A program made the translations under genes and the position numbers. Positions 36,032-47,400 of a stretch of DNA of 64,000 bases are shown here, piece after piece (position 1 is the first letter of the stretch; each line of letters begins with the position of its first letter). Origin of the DNA: Bacteroidales bacterium (lineage in GTDB: Bacteria > Bacteroidota > Bacteroidia > Bacteroidales > FEN-979). Below the pieces are notes generated by a model, which saw only the letters and a program-made list of their open reading frames with translations, did not search any database and had not been told where the DNA came from. The DNA lies in the NCBI GenBank assembly GCA_963662525.1, contig OY759717.1, positions 1,059,074 through 1,123,073 on the forward strand. Direction: 5' to 3'.

Positions 36032-36079
36032 CCCGCCAACCCACCAGCTCACCAGCTCACAAACTCAATAACTCCAACT
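36032..36079 (+). repeat. degenerate octamer array CCCGCCAA CCCACCAG CTCACCAG CTCACAAA CTCAATAA CTCCAACT
   Basis: Read directly. It starts 3 nt after the polyprenyl synthase stop and covers the stop plus the last ~7 codons (..HYELELLSL) of the convergent ABC-F gene. Confidence 0.8.
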
Positions 36080-38000
36080 CATAATGCAGGGTTTCCCAGC
36101 GATGCATTTCCGTTTTTAAGGTTTGCTTCAGATTTTCGTATTCGCGGTACAAACTACCGTCCTGGATTTGCTGCTGATATTTAACAGGATTCCCAAGCAT
36201 CTCTTCTTTCATCTTCATTTCTTTCTCAATCCATTCGATCTCCGCCTCACTTTTAACTATTTTCGTATTTACTTTACGGATCTTCCTTTCATTTTCCTTT
36301 TTCTTCTCCCAGGTTTGCTTGTTTTGGGAAACCACAGTTTCCTCCTTAACCAGCGATGCTGCTTGCTGAGCAGCATTGAGTTCGGAAAGTGTTCGCATTT
36401 TTCGCTGCTCCAGGAAATCATAAATATCTCCCAGATATTCCTTGATTGTTGCATGGCGAAATTCAAAAACACGGTTTGTTAAACCCTGCAGAAAATCGCG
36501 GTCGTGGGAAACAATGATCAGGGTTCCGTCGAACTGGAGCAGGGCGCTTTTCAGTACATCCTTCGAATGCATGTCGAGATGGTTGGTTGGCTCGTCAAGA
36601 ATGAGCAGGTTTGCCGGTGTAAGCAGGAGCTTCGCCAGCGAAAGTCTTGATTTTTCACCACCGGAAAGCACCTTAACCTTTTTCTCAATATCGTCGCCAC
36701 TGAATAAAAAGCCTCCCAGTATACCTTTGATCCTGGGACGGATATCACCGACGGCAATATCGTCGATGGTTTTAAAAACGGTTTTTTCCGGATCCAGGTA
36801 ATCACTCTGGTCCTGCGCATAATAACCCATCACTACATTATGCCCGTATTTCAATTCTCCCGAATATTCGGCTTTCCCGGTTATGATCTTGGAAAGTGTG
36901 GTTTTTCCTTCCCCATTTTTTCCGACAAAGGCGATACGATCATTTTTGATAACCGAAAATTCCAGGCTGTTCAGAACGCGCCTCTGGGGATAATCCTTAC
37001 TTAGATTTTTCGCTTCCAGAATAATTTTCCCGGAATGAGGAGCCTTGGGAAACCGGAAATTGATGGCCGATTCATCCATATGGTCAATCTCTACCAGGTC
37101 GATCTTTTCCAGCATTTTTATTCTTGACTGAACCTGGGAAGCTTTCGTGGCTTTTGACCGGAAGCGCTCAATGAAACGCTCTACCTGCCTGATCTGCCGC
37201 TGCTGATTATTATAGGTAGCCAGCTGACTTTCCATCCGTTCTTCACGCATCTCAATGTAGCCGGAATAGTTTGCTTTATAATCAAATATCTTTCCAAAGC
37301 TGATTTCAATGGTACGCCGGGTAACGTTATCTAAAAAGGCCCTGTCGTGCGAAACCAGCATCAAAGCACCGTTGCAGGAGGAGAGGAATTCCTCCAGCCA
37401 TTGTATCGACTCAATATCCAGGTGGTTGGTGGGCTCATCGAGTAAAATAAGATTAGGTTTCTGCAATAAAATCTTGGCTATTTCCACGCGCATCTGCCAT
37501 CCGCTGCTGAAAGTAGACAAGCTGCGATCCAGTTCACCCCGCTCGAAACCCAATCCCAGCAAGACTTTTTCAATATCCACATGAATTGCCTGTCCGCCGA
37601 GCATATGATAACGCTCAAGGGTATCCGCATGCCGCTTGAGCAGCTTATGATAATCATCCGATTCATAATCTGTCCTTTCACCAATCTCATTTTCATCCTT
37701 ACGCAGAAGTATTTCCATTGAAACCACATCCTGAAATGCTGTCATGGTTTCTTCCATCACGCTTTTTGTACTCTGCGACTGCAACTCCTGAGGAAGGTAA
37801 CCCACCGTAAATCCATCAGGTAAAATCACCTCCCCTTCATCGGCCTTTTGCAGGTTTTTAATGATCTTCAGCAAGGTAGATTTACCTGCTCCGTTTTTGC
37901 CTACCAGACCAATGCGGTCCTTATCATTGATAAAGAATGAAACATGATCGAAGAGGGATTCTCCTCCAAAAGCGACAGAAAGGTTGTTGATTGAAATCAT
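36057..38000 (-). CDS. ABC-F family ATPase (two ABC domains, no TM domain, C-terminal coiled coil)
   Basis: Walker A motifs are GKNGAGKST and GKNGEGKTT. Signature motifs are FSSGWQMR and LSGGEKSR. Walker B motifs are LILLDEPTNHLD and LLILDEPTNHLD. Confidence 0.9.
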   Translation of the reverse strand: MISINNLSVAFGGESLFDHVSFFINDKDRIGLVGKNGAGKSTLLKIIKNLQKADEGEVILPDGFTVGYLPQELQSQSTKSVMEETMTAFQDVVSMEILLRKDENEIGERTDYESDDYHKLLKRHADTLERYHMLGGQAIHVDIEKVLLGLGFERGELDRSLSTFSSGWQMRVEIAKILLQKPNLILLDEPTNHLDIESIQWLEEFLSSCNGALMLVSHDRAFLDNVTRRTIEISFGKIFDYKANYSGYIEMREERMESQLATYNNQQRQIRQVERFIERFRSKATKASQVQSRIKMLEKIDLVEIDHMDESAINFRFPKAPHSGKIILEAKNLSKDYPQRRVLNSLEFSVIKNDRIAFVGKNGEGKTTLSKIITGKAEYSGELKYGHNVVMGYYAQDQSDYLDPEKTVFKTIDDIAVGDIRPRIKGILGGFLFSGDDIEKKVKVLSGGEKSRLSLAKLLLTPANLLILDEPTNHLDMHSKDVLKSALLQFDGTLIIVSHDRDFLQGLTNRVFEFRHATIKEYLGDIYDFLEQRKMRTLSELNAAQQAASLVKEETVVSQNKQTWEKKKENERKIRKVNTKIVKSEAEIEWIEKEMKMKEEMLGNPVKYQQQIQDGSLYREYENLKQTLKTEMHRWETLHYELELLSL

Positions 38001-38004
38001 AAAG

Positions 38005-38012
38005 CAAAGATA
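38005..38012 (-). promoter_or_regulatory. -7 box TATCTTTG 4 nt before the ABC-F ATG (leaderless candidate)
   Basis: The minus strand reads TATCTTTG-CTTT-ATG. No clear -33 element is present, because that position falls in the terminator hairpin. Confidence 0.3.
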
Positions 38013-38013
38013 C

Positions 38014-38047
38014 GAAAAAGAAAAAGGCCGGGTTTCCCCGGCCTTTT
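38014..38047 (-). terminator. rho-independent terminator of the giant T9SS gene
   Basis: GGCCGGG-tttc-CCCGGCC (38026-38043) forms the hairpin. On the minus strand it is followed by TTTTTCTTTTTC. Confidence 0.8.
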
Positions 38048-38066
38048 CAGAATATCCGATTAAGGA

Positions 38067-41000
38067 TTAGTGGGTTACAGTGATCTTGACGGTGCGGATA
38101 CCCTGTGTGGTTGTAACCTTCACAAAGTAAACACCATTCAGCAGACCGGAAACATTGATCTTGGCAGCCTTGGTATCAACATTTTGCTTGTTGTAAACCG
38201 TCTGACCAACATAGTTCAACATTTCGATATTCGTGATGCTGTAATCGCTGTTAACATTAACAACTTCAGTTGCCGGGTTCGGGTAGATGGAGAATGTTCC
38301 ATTAACCTTAGGATCGATACCGGTGATAACGTCAGCCATTACGATGTTAGAATTTTCAGAATTACATTCAGCAAAATGTGACTGTACATAATAATAATGC
38401 TTCTGGTAAGTCTGATCCGGGTCAACATAGAATGTATCTACAACTATTGCAGTGTTGATCTGGTTGAAAGTAACCTGTTCGTCATCGCTGCGGAAGATGT
38501 CGTATCCAAGCAGTGAAGAAGCAAGAGGAGCATTAACAGTTCTGGGAGTACCAGTTTTGGCTTCACCCTTAACAGGATTAGTTGTAAAAGTACCAGTGGA
38601 GTAGTAAGGTGTTTGCTTCAGATAAGCAGGAGCACCGGTTTTACCCTTCACGGTTTCTATAAGGGCTTCAATATCCCAGTTGTAATCCAATGATGGATTC
38701 AGAGAAATCAAAGTAGCCCAGGCACCCTGATAATACATCATGTTACCGAACTCATCAATAGCCGGACCAGCGTCAACGCCTGCAGGATAACCTGAAGAAG
38801 CATTAACATTTACACCTATCCAGAGTTCCTGAGTTACATCGATAGGTTCAGGACTTGCAATGGAAATCTCGTTCCAGTCATCGTCAGTAACTGAAGCAAC
38901 AGCCTGGTCAATGATCAGGTTAGCTGCATCAGCGCCTTGCCATACTCTGATTTTGTATGTAGCAACACCACTGCTGGCAGGCCAGAAACGAACTTTAGTA
39001 ACAGAACCGCCATCGAGGCCGGAGATCATAGCAGGAGTCCAACGGGCTGCGATATCAAATTCAACAGCGCCACCGGTTCCGATAGCATCAGTATTGGTAC
39101 CATCATCCCAGGTAATCCATGTTGCGGGAGGTCCTTGTTTGCAGCTCGGCGGAGTCCATGACAGATAAACATCATTGTCCTTAACGTCTTTAACTGCAAG
39201 GGCTGTCGGAGGAGTACAAACAGCATACACGTGAATGTTGTCAACATACCAATGTAAAATATCCTGGCTGTCTTCGCCATGAGCGCGGAAACGGACCTTG
39301 AAGGCTTTTCCTAAGGCAGTTGCAATTTTTACATGTTTGGTTGTCCAGTCAAAGGAACCATTGTTAACATAGGTTTCTTTGCTTGACCATGAACCATTAA
39401 CGAATAACTCAACATCGAGTTTTTCTTTGCTGGTATTGTTACGGTCAACCAGTTTCACGTCGAAATCAACCCAAACGGTAGCACAGGTGTACTGTGAAGC
39501 ATTAAGAACCGGGGTTTCAATTGACTGATTATAGTCAACGATAGCGGGTAACCACGAGAAATCGGCAGTAGGTGCAGGATTACCGGTAGCGGTATTCATG
39601 AGCCAGTTGCCTGTATGTGACCAATCGTTGTAAGCGTAGGAACCAGCATCCCATGGTTCAAAGAATGGAATGAAACGTCCGCATTCGATATTAATTTCAA
39701 TCGGGCCTTCAAGCATTGACTCGCCGAATTGTCCGGGATAGAGATAAGGGGTAAGATCATACCATGCAGAAACTTCATATTCATGAATACCGGGATCCAC
39801 GTTATAGTCATAATACCAGGTGGTATCTTTACCGGAAACATAATCCAGGTAGAGACCATCGCGATAAATCTTATAACCGAGTAAACCGGCAGGATCGTGG
39901 CTGGAAGTAATAGGAATACTGGCAGCGGTAATTTCAGCATAATAAAGACTGCTTAAAATTGTGGTTGCTCCGGTTGTAACGTCAACTGCGCGGATTTCTC
40001 CGGTAAGGTTGGTGCCGTTAAAGCCACCCAAGAGTACATTGCCTGTAGCCTGGTCATAAAGTTCACACTGTGCATACTGTGCATTGAATCCCAATGATCC
40101 GATGGCAGTTGCAGCGCCTGTGGCTTTATCGATGGAATAGAACCTGTCGGTGCCGACATCATGGCCCCATAAGTTACCATCGTCATCGCAGGTGATACCA
40201 ATCATGGTACTGACACCACCATTGAAAGCTCCAACTAAAGTTGCGCTTGGAACGGTAGGATCAATTCTCCATAAAGTACCAGCAGTAGCATCGTTGCCAT
40301 AGAGGAAGTTGGTTGTAGGATCAATGGCCAAACCATTAAATCCACCGGTATGTCCGGTCATGTTGCCAACAAGTGTGGCAGCGCCGGTAGCTCTGTCAAT
40401 CTTATAAAGATTGTTGTTTCCGTAGTATGATGCATAAACCCAGTTCAGTTCACCAACCGGAGAAGCATAACCACTGTTGAAATCTCCAAGAGGATTACCG
40501 GAAACAACCGTATATCCAGCCAGGTTATCAACGTCAAAATTAATAATCTCAGCATTAACAGCTTCGAATCCTAAAGCAGTTGATCCTTTGGGACCATAGC
40601 TTACGGTATTCATTTCTGCTACTGCAGGATCCATTTTGGAACGATCGATAGGAGCAAGTCCTGCATTGGGAGCCATATTTTCAACTTCGCCCTTGAACGC
40701 GGGAACATGAACCTTGGAAGCAATTGCCGGTTTTGTCCAGGTGAGGTAAGCGTTACATTCGATACCTTCGCCCTGTAATACTGTAGGAGGATAGAGGAAT
40801 TTCGACTGGAAGTCATAGCATGACTCAGTAGAATAACCACTGCCATAAACAGCCTTTACACAAGCATGATAGTATGTACCATACGTAACATGGTTAGGCG
40901 GAATGGTATAGGTAGTGTCGGTTGTAACACCATCCAGGGTGCCATTCAGGTAAACATTGTAGGCAAGGATACATGGCTTGGGATCAGGAACAGTGGCAAC

Positions 41001-43649
41001 GATTTTCACATTGTCGATATCCCAGTTGTTGATGTTAAATACATCGGAACCATGGGCATTGAAACGGATCTTGAAAGTGCTGTTGGTATAAGCAGCAATG
41101 TTGATCGTTTCGGTTGTCCAGTCAATGTTTCCTTCGTTGGCATAATGCTTGAGGGAAGTCCAGGGACCAGCGCCAACCTGAATTTCAACATCCAGTTGTT
41201 CTGCACCGTCACTTGCATAATCGGACAGATAGATGTCGTATTTCAGTTTAAAATCAGCTGCACCCATACCTGTAAATGATTTACTGGTAAGACTATAGCT
41301 ATAGTTGGTTACATATGAGAGCCAGTTGAACTCGGCAGAAGGAGCCGGGTTTCCAGTGCCGGTAGCCAGTACCCAGTAACCACCATTAACCCATGCGTTG
41401 GTTCCAAAGCCGGTAGTGAATTCCTCGAAGAGCATGTTGTTCATTCCTGTAGGAGGATTCCATGTTGCGAGCAATGAGAACTGATCAACGAACATGTTCT
41501 TGGGTGGAATTTTATCGATCAGCAGGGCTACTTCAATGGTCATGTCACCCATAATGGTGGCAGTGGAATTGTAAACTGAATAGCCTGAACGGGTTCCTTT
41601 TACGGCATAAGAGCCTTTCCATACATGGGGGAACAGCACTTTACCGGTAGCATCGGTGGTTCCGGTATAAACGGAGTCAACGCCAGGAGCGGTATTGGTG
41701 AGTGTGATGATGGTTCCGGCTGCAGGTGTAGCGGCACAGGTCAGCGTAACATTAACGGTAACGGCAGCAGTCCAGTTCTTTCCAATCGGGTTGGAATAAG
41801 TAAAGTCTGACCAGCGGTTTCCGGTATATTTGGTCTGAACGGCCCATCTCCATGGAGCGTCTTCCAAAGTCTGCCAGCTGTTATCAATGGTATTGGTAGC
41901 AGTCGGGGTGCTGATCTGGGTCCAGGTACCAGGAGCCACGTTTCCGGTAGCAATTTCCTGTGTCTGTTTCAGACGATAAACCCTGTAACCAAGGATAGCA
42001 TCGATAGGACCACCAGCGCCGTTGACAACGCAACGCATCATAAAGTTACCGTCGGCGGGTAACCAGGGGCCACTGCCTGTTACGAATTTGGAGTAGCTTC
42101 TCAGCTGGGTAGCTGTATTATCAACACCAATACGTGCAGCAGCGGGAGGAACGCCACCCTGGATCATAACCAGGAAGAAGTTTCCGCTGGTGAGATTGGT
42201 TGCAGGTAATGCAAAAGCATTCCATCCGAAAGTAGTCGGCTGAACATCGATAGGATCTCCAATAGCAGCTCCGGGAGTACCACCAGCGCCGGTTGCATCA
42301 TAGATCTGGATCTGGAAAGGAGCCAGGGTTGATGGAACGGTTCCTGAAGGATAATCCGATGCTTTACCAATATTGACACTACCGCTGATAATGGTGGCAG
42401 GATAGTTCAGTGCGGTGAAAGCAACAGCATTCATATTGCCTTCCTGTGCCCAAACGGTTGAAAGTTCCTGTACGCCATCGTCATAGATGAGTTCATAATT
42501 TCCCTTGGGAACACCCCAGTTGAGGTTAACCGTTGTGGGAGGAGTAAGGGCAGCAACAAAAGGCTGAGCTGGTTTGTTGAGGGCTTCGGCCAGGCCGACG
42601 TTCAGGGTGGTAGTATTACCAGCAGTGAAAGTCAGGGTACCGGAAGTATAATCTTCAAACCCGGCTTTGGTTACCGTTGCTGTTCCGGAAGTTGTAGGAT
42701 AGATAGAAATGGTATAAGAACCGTCGGTAAGTGAATAGGCGGTATTGCCATTGCATACGATCTTCGCACCTTTAACAGGATTTCCGCTGGCTGCATTGGT
42801 AATGATACCGGCCAGAGTAGCAGGAATGGGAGCCATACAGAAGTTGTAGGTCGTTGTTGTATTTCCGATTACTGTTACGGGAGAAGTATAAGGTGTAAAA
42901 CCGGCAAAGGTAGCGGTGATCGTCTGAGCACCGGCCGGAATGCTGTTGAGGGTGTAAACGCCACTGGCATTGGTCAGAACCGGTCCGATACCACCGCAGC
43001 TTACAGGCACGTTGGCCATAACCGCGTTGTTGTAGCAGTTCCTGACAGTTCCGGTGAGGTTACCTGTCTGCATCCCCTTGATGTGGGTAAGGTCAGTGAA
43101 TACATTGTATCCGTAGTTCGAAATGAACCGGTAGGCAATGTACAGGGTGGCCTGGTTGGCTGCGCCCGCGGGCAAAGCCTGGGTGAAGACCTGCCAACCA
43201 AGAGTAGCGCCATAATTGTAATAGCCAACTCCAGCCTGTGTCCAGGTTGTACCATTGGTTGACCATTCAACGAACAGACCATCACCAGCACTGAAGGTAG
43301 TTTGCATGTACATGGCAAAATCGACCGTGATGTTGGAGTAGCCCATCGTAGAAATGGAAGCAGTTCGTCTTAAGCGGTTCTGATAACCTGTTGAGGCATT
43401 CCATGAGTTAAACTGAACCATCCTCGCACCTTCATAATTTGAACAGGTGGGGAGTGTTCCGCCATTAACCCAGGAAGTCCAGTTACCATAACCGAGTTGA
43501 TCGACAGCCCAGCCAGCCGGCGGGGTTGTACCTACTGCAGCTGTTTCCCAGCCCTCAGTATACAGGGTTATCTGGGCTTTGCTCTGAAATGCAAATGCCA
43601 ACAGTAATAATACCATCAACACCTGCAGAGACTTTGTAACAGTTTTCAT
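38067..43649 (-). CDS. giant T9SS-secreted multidomain surface protein (1860 aa), paralog 1
   Basis: From ATG 43649 the signal peptide reads MKTVTKSLQVLMVLLLLAFAFQSKAQ. Domains in order are as follows:
- N-terminal choice-of-anchor-J/MAM-like domain;
- CarbopepD_reg-like domains;
- a module starting YELIYDDGVQ;
- two adhesin/MAM-like modules ending FKIRF..IDN;
- a central propeller-like insert (IDRATGAATLVG, IDKATGAATAIG, VDVTTGATTILS);
- sorting domain IYPNPATEVVNVN..GVYFVKV. Confidence 0.85.
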   Translation of the reverse strand: MKTVTKSLQVLMVLLLLAFAFQSKAQITLYTEGWETAAVGTTPPAGWAVDQLGYGNWTSWVNGGTLPTCSNYEGARMVQFNSWNASTGYQNRLRRTASISTMGYSNITVDFAMYMQTTFSAGDGLFVEWSTNGTTWTQAGVGYYNYGATLGWQVFTQALPAGAANQATLYIAYRFISNYGYNVFTDLTHIKGMQTGNLTGTVRNCYNNAVMANVPVSCGGIGPVLTNASGVYTLNSIPAGAQTITATFAGFTPYTSPVTVIGNTTTTYNFCMAPIPATLAGIITNAASGNPVKGAKIVCNGNTAYSLTDGSYTISIYPTTSGTATVTKAGFEDYTSGTLTFTAGNTTTLNVGLAEALNKPAQPFVAALTPPTTVNLNWGVPKGNYELIYDDGVQELSTVWAQEGNMNAVAFTALNYPATIISGSVNIGKASDYPSGTVPSTLAPFQIQIYDATGAGGTPGAAIGDPIDVQPTTFGWNAFALPATNLTSGNFFLVMIQGGVPPAAARIGVDNTATQLRSYSKFVTGSGPWLPADGNFMMRCVVNGAGGPIDAILGYRVYRLKQTQEIATGNVAPGTWTQISTPTATNTIDNSWQTLEDAPWRWAVQTKYTGNRWSDFTYSNPIGKNWTAAVTVNVTLTCAATPAAGTIITLTNTAPGVDSVYTGTTDATGKVLFPHVWKGSYAVKGTRSGYSVYNSTATIMGDMTIEVALLIDKIPPKNMFVDQFSLLATWNPPTGMNNMLFEEFTTGFGTNAWVNGGYWVLATGTGNPAPSAEFNWLSYVTNYSYSLTSKSFTGMGAADFKLKYDIYLSDYASDGAEQLDVEIQVGAGPWTSLKHYANEGNIDWTTETINIAAYTNSTFKIRFNAHGSDVFNINNWDIDNVKIVATVPDPKPCILAYNVYLNGTLDGVTTDTTYTIPPNHVTYGTYYHACVKAVYGSGYSTESCYDFQSKFLYPPTVLQGEGIECNAYLTWTKPAIASKVHVPAFKGEVENMAPNAGLAPIDRSKMDPAVAEMNTVSYGPKGSTALGFEAVNAEIINFDVDNLAGYTVVSGNPLGDFNSGYASPVGELNWVYASYYGNNNLYKIDRATGAATLVGNMTGHTGGFNGLAIDPTTNFLYGNDATAGTLWRIDPTVPSATLVGAFNGGVSTMIGITCDDDGNLWGHDVGTDRFYSIDKATGAATAIGSLGFNAQYAQCELYDQATGNVLLGGFNGTNLTGEIRAVDVTTGATTILSSLYYAEITAASIPITSSHDPAGLLGYKIYRDGLYLDYVSGKDTTWYYDYNVDPGIHEYEVSAWYDLTPYLYPGQFGESMLEGPIEINIECGRFIPFFEPWDAGSYAYNDWSHTGNWLMNTATGNPAPTADFSWLPAIVDYNQSIETPVLNASQYTCATVWVDFDVKLVDRNNTSKEKLDVELFVNGSWSSKETYVNNGSFDWTTKHVKIATALGKAFKVRFRAHGEDSQDILHWYVDNIHVYAVCTPPTALAVKDVKDNDVYLSWTPPSCKQGPPATWITWDDGTNTDAIGTGGAVEFDIAARWTPAMISGLDGGSVTKVRFWPASSGVATYKIRVWQGADAANLIIDQAVASVTDDDWNEISIASPEPIDVTQELWIGVNVNASSGYPAGVDAGPAIDEFGNMMYYQGAWATLISLNPSLDYNWDIEALIETVKGKTGAPAYLKQTPYYSTGTFTTNPVKGEAKTGTPRTVNAPLASSLLGYDIFRSDDEQVTFNQINTAIVVDTFYVDPDQTYQKHYYYVQSHFAECNSENSNIVMADVITGIDPKVNGTFSIYPNPATEVVNVNSDYSITNIEMLNYVGQTVYNKQNVDTKAAKINVSGLLNGVYFVKVTTTQGIRTVKITVTH

Positions 43650-43695
43650 AATGTTGTTAATTTTAGTTATTAATAAGTGAATAAACAAAAATATG

Positions 43696-43703
43696 GGGAT
43701 CAA
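43696..43703 (-). promoter_or_regulatory. -7 box TATTTTTG upstream of giant gene 1
   Basis: Minus-strand match to TAnnTTTG, ending 46 nt before ATG 43649. Confidence 0.4.
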
Positions 43704-43930
43704 TTTTACAATTGATATATATAGGGATTTGCTTCATAAATAGTTAATGCCATTTAGAGTATTTACCCAAATGACTGATTATGTTCGTGTTAGTACTATA
43801 TATGGTAAAAAAGCGCCCCCGCTTTTTTACTCTGACAGCAAATATAAAACAATTTATTTTATTAAAAACAAATTTTATTGAATATTTTGTATAAGTTTTT
43901 TCGGGTCCGGAGGCGGGCTGAAAAAATTTA

Positions 43931-43938
43931 TACCTTTG
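43931..43938 (+). promoter_or_regulatory. -7 box TACCTTTG upstream of the lipocalin-like gene
   Basis: Matches TAnnTTTG and ends 46 nt before ATG 43985. The extended context AAATTTATACCTTTGC resembles the serS box context. Confidence 0.4.
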
Positions 43939-43984
43939 CCGGTTAATATTCTATTTCGGATTTTCATAAAATAAATCAATTACC

Positions 43985-44464
43985 ATGAAAATTTTTCAAT
44001 CGCCATTATTATTCATCGTCGCAGGTATTTTCATGCTTTCCTCCTGTGCCACGGTGAACAACCTGAACGGCAAACTGATCGTCGGCTCCTGGAAGAATGT
44101 AAAGGTACTGGGCTGTTCCTCCGCTTCTTCAACGGATGAAACTGCTGCCGTGGAAATGAAACAGATGATCCGGGGGACCGGTGAATCCATGGATATCAGC
44201 AGCATGCTTGGCAGGTATCCGGAAATGACCAGCGCCATTGAGTTCAAGGCCGACAATACGGTTAAAATCACTGCTGAAAAAAACACGGTTCAAGGGAACT
44301 GGAAGATCAACAAGACCGGGACAAAGATCACGATCACCGGCCCGGATAAGAAGAAAATCGCCATGATTGAACTGAAACGCGTTGATGCCACTACCATGGA
44401 ATTAGTTGATCCGTTTTCGGTCTGTCTCAATGGCAATTTTATTCTTTTATTCAGGAAACAGTAA
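43985..44464 (+). CDS. lipocalin-like lipoprotein
   Basis: Lipobox FMLSSC. Lipocalin-like-domain style motifs are GSWKNVKV, GNWKINKTGTKITI and ELKRVDATTMELV. Confidence 0.65.
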   Translation: MKIFQSPLLFIVAGIFMLSSCATVNNLNGKLIVGSWKNVKVLGCSSASSTDETAAVEMKQMIRGTGESMDISSMLGRYPEMTSAIEFKADNTVKITAEKNTVQGNWKINKTGTKITITGPDKKKIAMIELKRVDATTMELVDPFSVCLNGNFILLFRKQ

Positions 44465-44475
44465 AGGCGGGTTTT

Positions 44476-47400
44476 TTATCGGATGACGGAAAGTGGGATC
44501 TTTCTGCAGTTACTTTGCGTGAATACCTCCAGTAAAAACAAACCGGCCGGCAGCTCAGGCAGAAGAAGCTTTGTTTCAGATAATTTCTTCACGGGAATAT
44601 CCAGTACCACCCTGCCCATAACGTCAAGCAGGACCAGGCGGTCGACGGGAACATCTGACCTTATCATTACAAAATCATGCGCGGGATTGGGGTAAATGTT
44701 CAGGCTTTTATCGGGAGGATCCGGTATGGCAGTGATCACATCCACGCCAATGGTATCGGAAGGGATGGCTTCATTGCAGTTGTCACCGGCCACCTGTATA
44801 TAATAATGGTATAACCCTGAAGGCAACATGGGATCAAGGTAGGCAGTATCGCTCAGCGACTGGTTATTGGCTTTGGTAAAATCTCCTCCTGAAGGATCCT
44901 GGCGATAAACATCAAAAAGCGGAGGATCGTACATCAGGTTCAGTTTTTTTCCACCCAGGGTACAATCATCAATTCCCCAGTAGTACCATAAACCCTGTCC
45001 GTTATAATCGTCGGCATGCCAGGCGATATCGACAATATCATCGGAATAGGAAGACATATCGATGGTATAAGGTTCCTGCCATTGGTTATACCCTCCGGTA
45101 CCCGGAAAAGGGGGAAGTGTGGAAAGATCGAATAATACATCCCAGCTGTTGCCGTGATCGGTGGAAACCTTCACGTAATAATGATCGCCATGGGCAGATC
45201 CCTGATAGGCCATACTCCAGAACTGCAGGTTGCCGTTTACGAAGACGTTGCGGGCGATGATCCATTCATCCTGGGCATTATAATCCCATAACAGACCCGC
45301 GGAATAGTTTCCGGTATGAACTCCCACTGCTGAACCCACATCCGTATGACTCCAGGTTGCCGAAGTATTATAAATCACCCGCGACCAGCCGGCCGGTGGA
45401 AATGATGAAGATTCAAAGCCTTCCTGCAGAAGCCATCCTCCTCCGTTGCATTGTGGCGGACTCCAGGAAAGGTGAATATCGTTTCCCCAGGCTTCACCGG
45501 TAAGGTTGATGGCCGGCAAACAAACAGCATACACGGAAATATTATCCAACGACCAGAGGCTGATGTCGGTTGAATTGATTCCTGCAGCACGGAAACGGAA
45601 ACGGAAACCTTTTCCTTTCACGGCGCTGATATCGATATGCCAAGGAGTCCAGTTAAATCCACCGGAATTAGTATATTCCGCTTTTTTATGCCATACATGA
45701 TTATAATAAACTTCCAGGATCATTTTTTCCTGTCCGCTGGGATTTTTATCCAACAGTTTCAGGTCGAAATCCAGCCATATCTTCGCACAATAATTGGAAG
45801 TGGCATCCAATACCGGGCTCTCCAGAGAAAAAGAATAATTAACCTGTTCGGGCAGGTCGGAAAAGCAGGCGGAAGGAAGCGGATTGCCTACATCCTGGCT
45901 GACAAACCAATTCCCTGATCCATCCGTTAAACTCCATTCATTAGATGAAAACGAACCCTGGTTCCAGGGCTCCGTAAAAGGCAATGGCCGCCCATAATGA
46001 ACCATGACAGATACCGGTCCTGCCTTCATCGAATGGTCTTCCTGGCCGGGAAACCCATAGGGTGTCAGGTCATAAAGGGCATCAACGGTATAGGAATAGC
46101 TTCCCGGTTGCAAACTGGTATTGTAATATGAAAGTTCATCTTGTCCGGGCAGATAAATGATCAGGTTTCCATCCCTGTATATATTGTATCCCATGATCCC
46201 CGGGGGTATGATAACACCGGTATCGGAAGGTATCCTTGGTTTATTCCAGCTCAGGAATACAGTGCTTTCAATTGCTTCCGCATTCAGGTTGGCAGGTGGC
46301 CACAGGAAACGGGAACGGAAGGAAGAACAATTCTTATCGGAATACCCGCTGGTATAGATGGCCAGGACACAGGCATAGTAGGAAGAATCATATTTTACGG
46401 CAGTTCCCGGCAGGGTGAAGGAGTTTTCGGTGACCGTAGCCAGAAGGGTATTGTCGAGATATACATTGTAACCATAGATACATGGAGCGAGCAGGTGGGC
46501 TGATTCGGCGGCAGTGACCAGGATATTATCAATGTACCAGCCATTGATCTGGTAGGAGTCTTCCCCGAAAGAACGGAAGCGGATCTTGAAACTGGAATTG
46601 GTATAAGCGGAAATATCAAGTTCGTCGGTCGTCCAGGGGATATTACCGCCGGCATTATTCCATGTCTTCAAGGTTTGCCAGGTATTTCCGTCAAAAATTT
46701 CAATGGCCATCTGGTCGAGGGCAGAAGTGGAATAATTATCCAGGGAAATATCGTATTTCAGGGTAAGTATTTCGCTGTTTTTGCCTGTCATGACCCGACT
46801 GGTCAGGGATTGGTTATAATCAGGAACCGCGGGCGACCAGCTAAAAAAGGCCGAAGGAGCAGGATGTCCCGCGGTCATGGATATTTTCCAGTTACTGCCT
46901 CCTTCGCGGATCCATTCGCCGGTTGTGAAGTCGCCCGAGGACCAGTTTTCCTGTAACAGTGGAAGGGAATAAAAAGGAACATCCCAGGTGGCCAATAGGC
47001 TCCTGTTATCCACTTCCAGATTCGTCGGAGGAGATTTGATCTGGAGCAGCAGGATATCCATGGATAAAGGGGAATTAACGGAACAGTTACCGGTATAATC
47101 CTGGTATCCGAATTTCTCTGCATGAATTTCATAGGCTCCTTTCCATACTGCCGGGAACAGGAAATGACCGGTACTATCGGAGATAGCGTGGTAAATGGTA
47201 TCCTGGTAGACCTGGTTTTTCAGGCTGATGCTTGCTCCCGCGGGGTTCGCCAGGGTACAACTCAGATTCAGGTTGATGGTAACAGGGGCTGTCCAGCATT
47301 TTCCGAGCACATTGGAAAACGTGGCGGAAGACCAGCGGGAACCGGTGTACTGAACCTCAACTCCCCAGCGATGGGGACCACAGGGAAGCGACGGCCAGGA

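Noticed and set aside
19514-36079. CRISPR array or other spacer-containing repeat locus
   Set aside because: The tandem arrays have 7-8 nt units with no spacers, and no cas genes are present. They are simple tandem repeats, not CRISPR.
43807-43828. Terminator-like hairpin AAAAAAGCG-cccc-CGCTTTTTT between the divergent giant gene 1 and the lipocalin gene, hinting at an sRNA
   Set aside because: Only three G:C pairs are present and the rest is A:T. There is no convincing promoter box feeding it. The evidence is too weak to call without transcript data.
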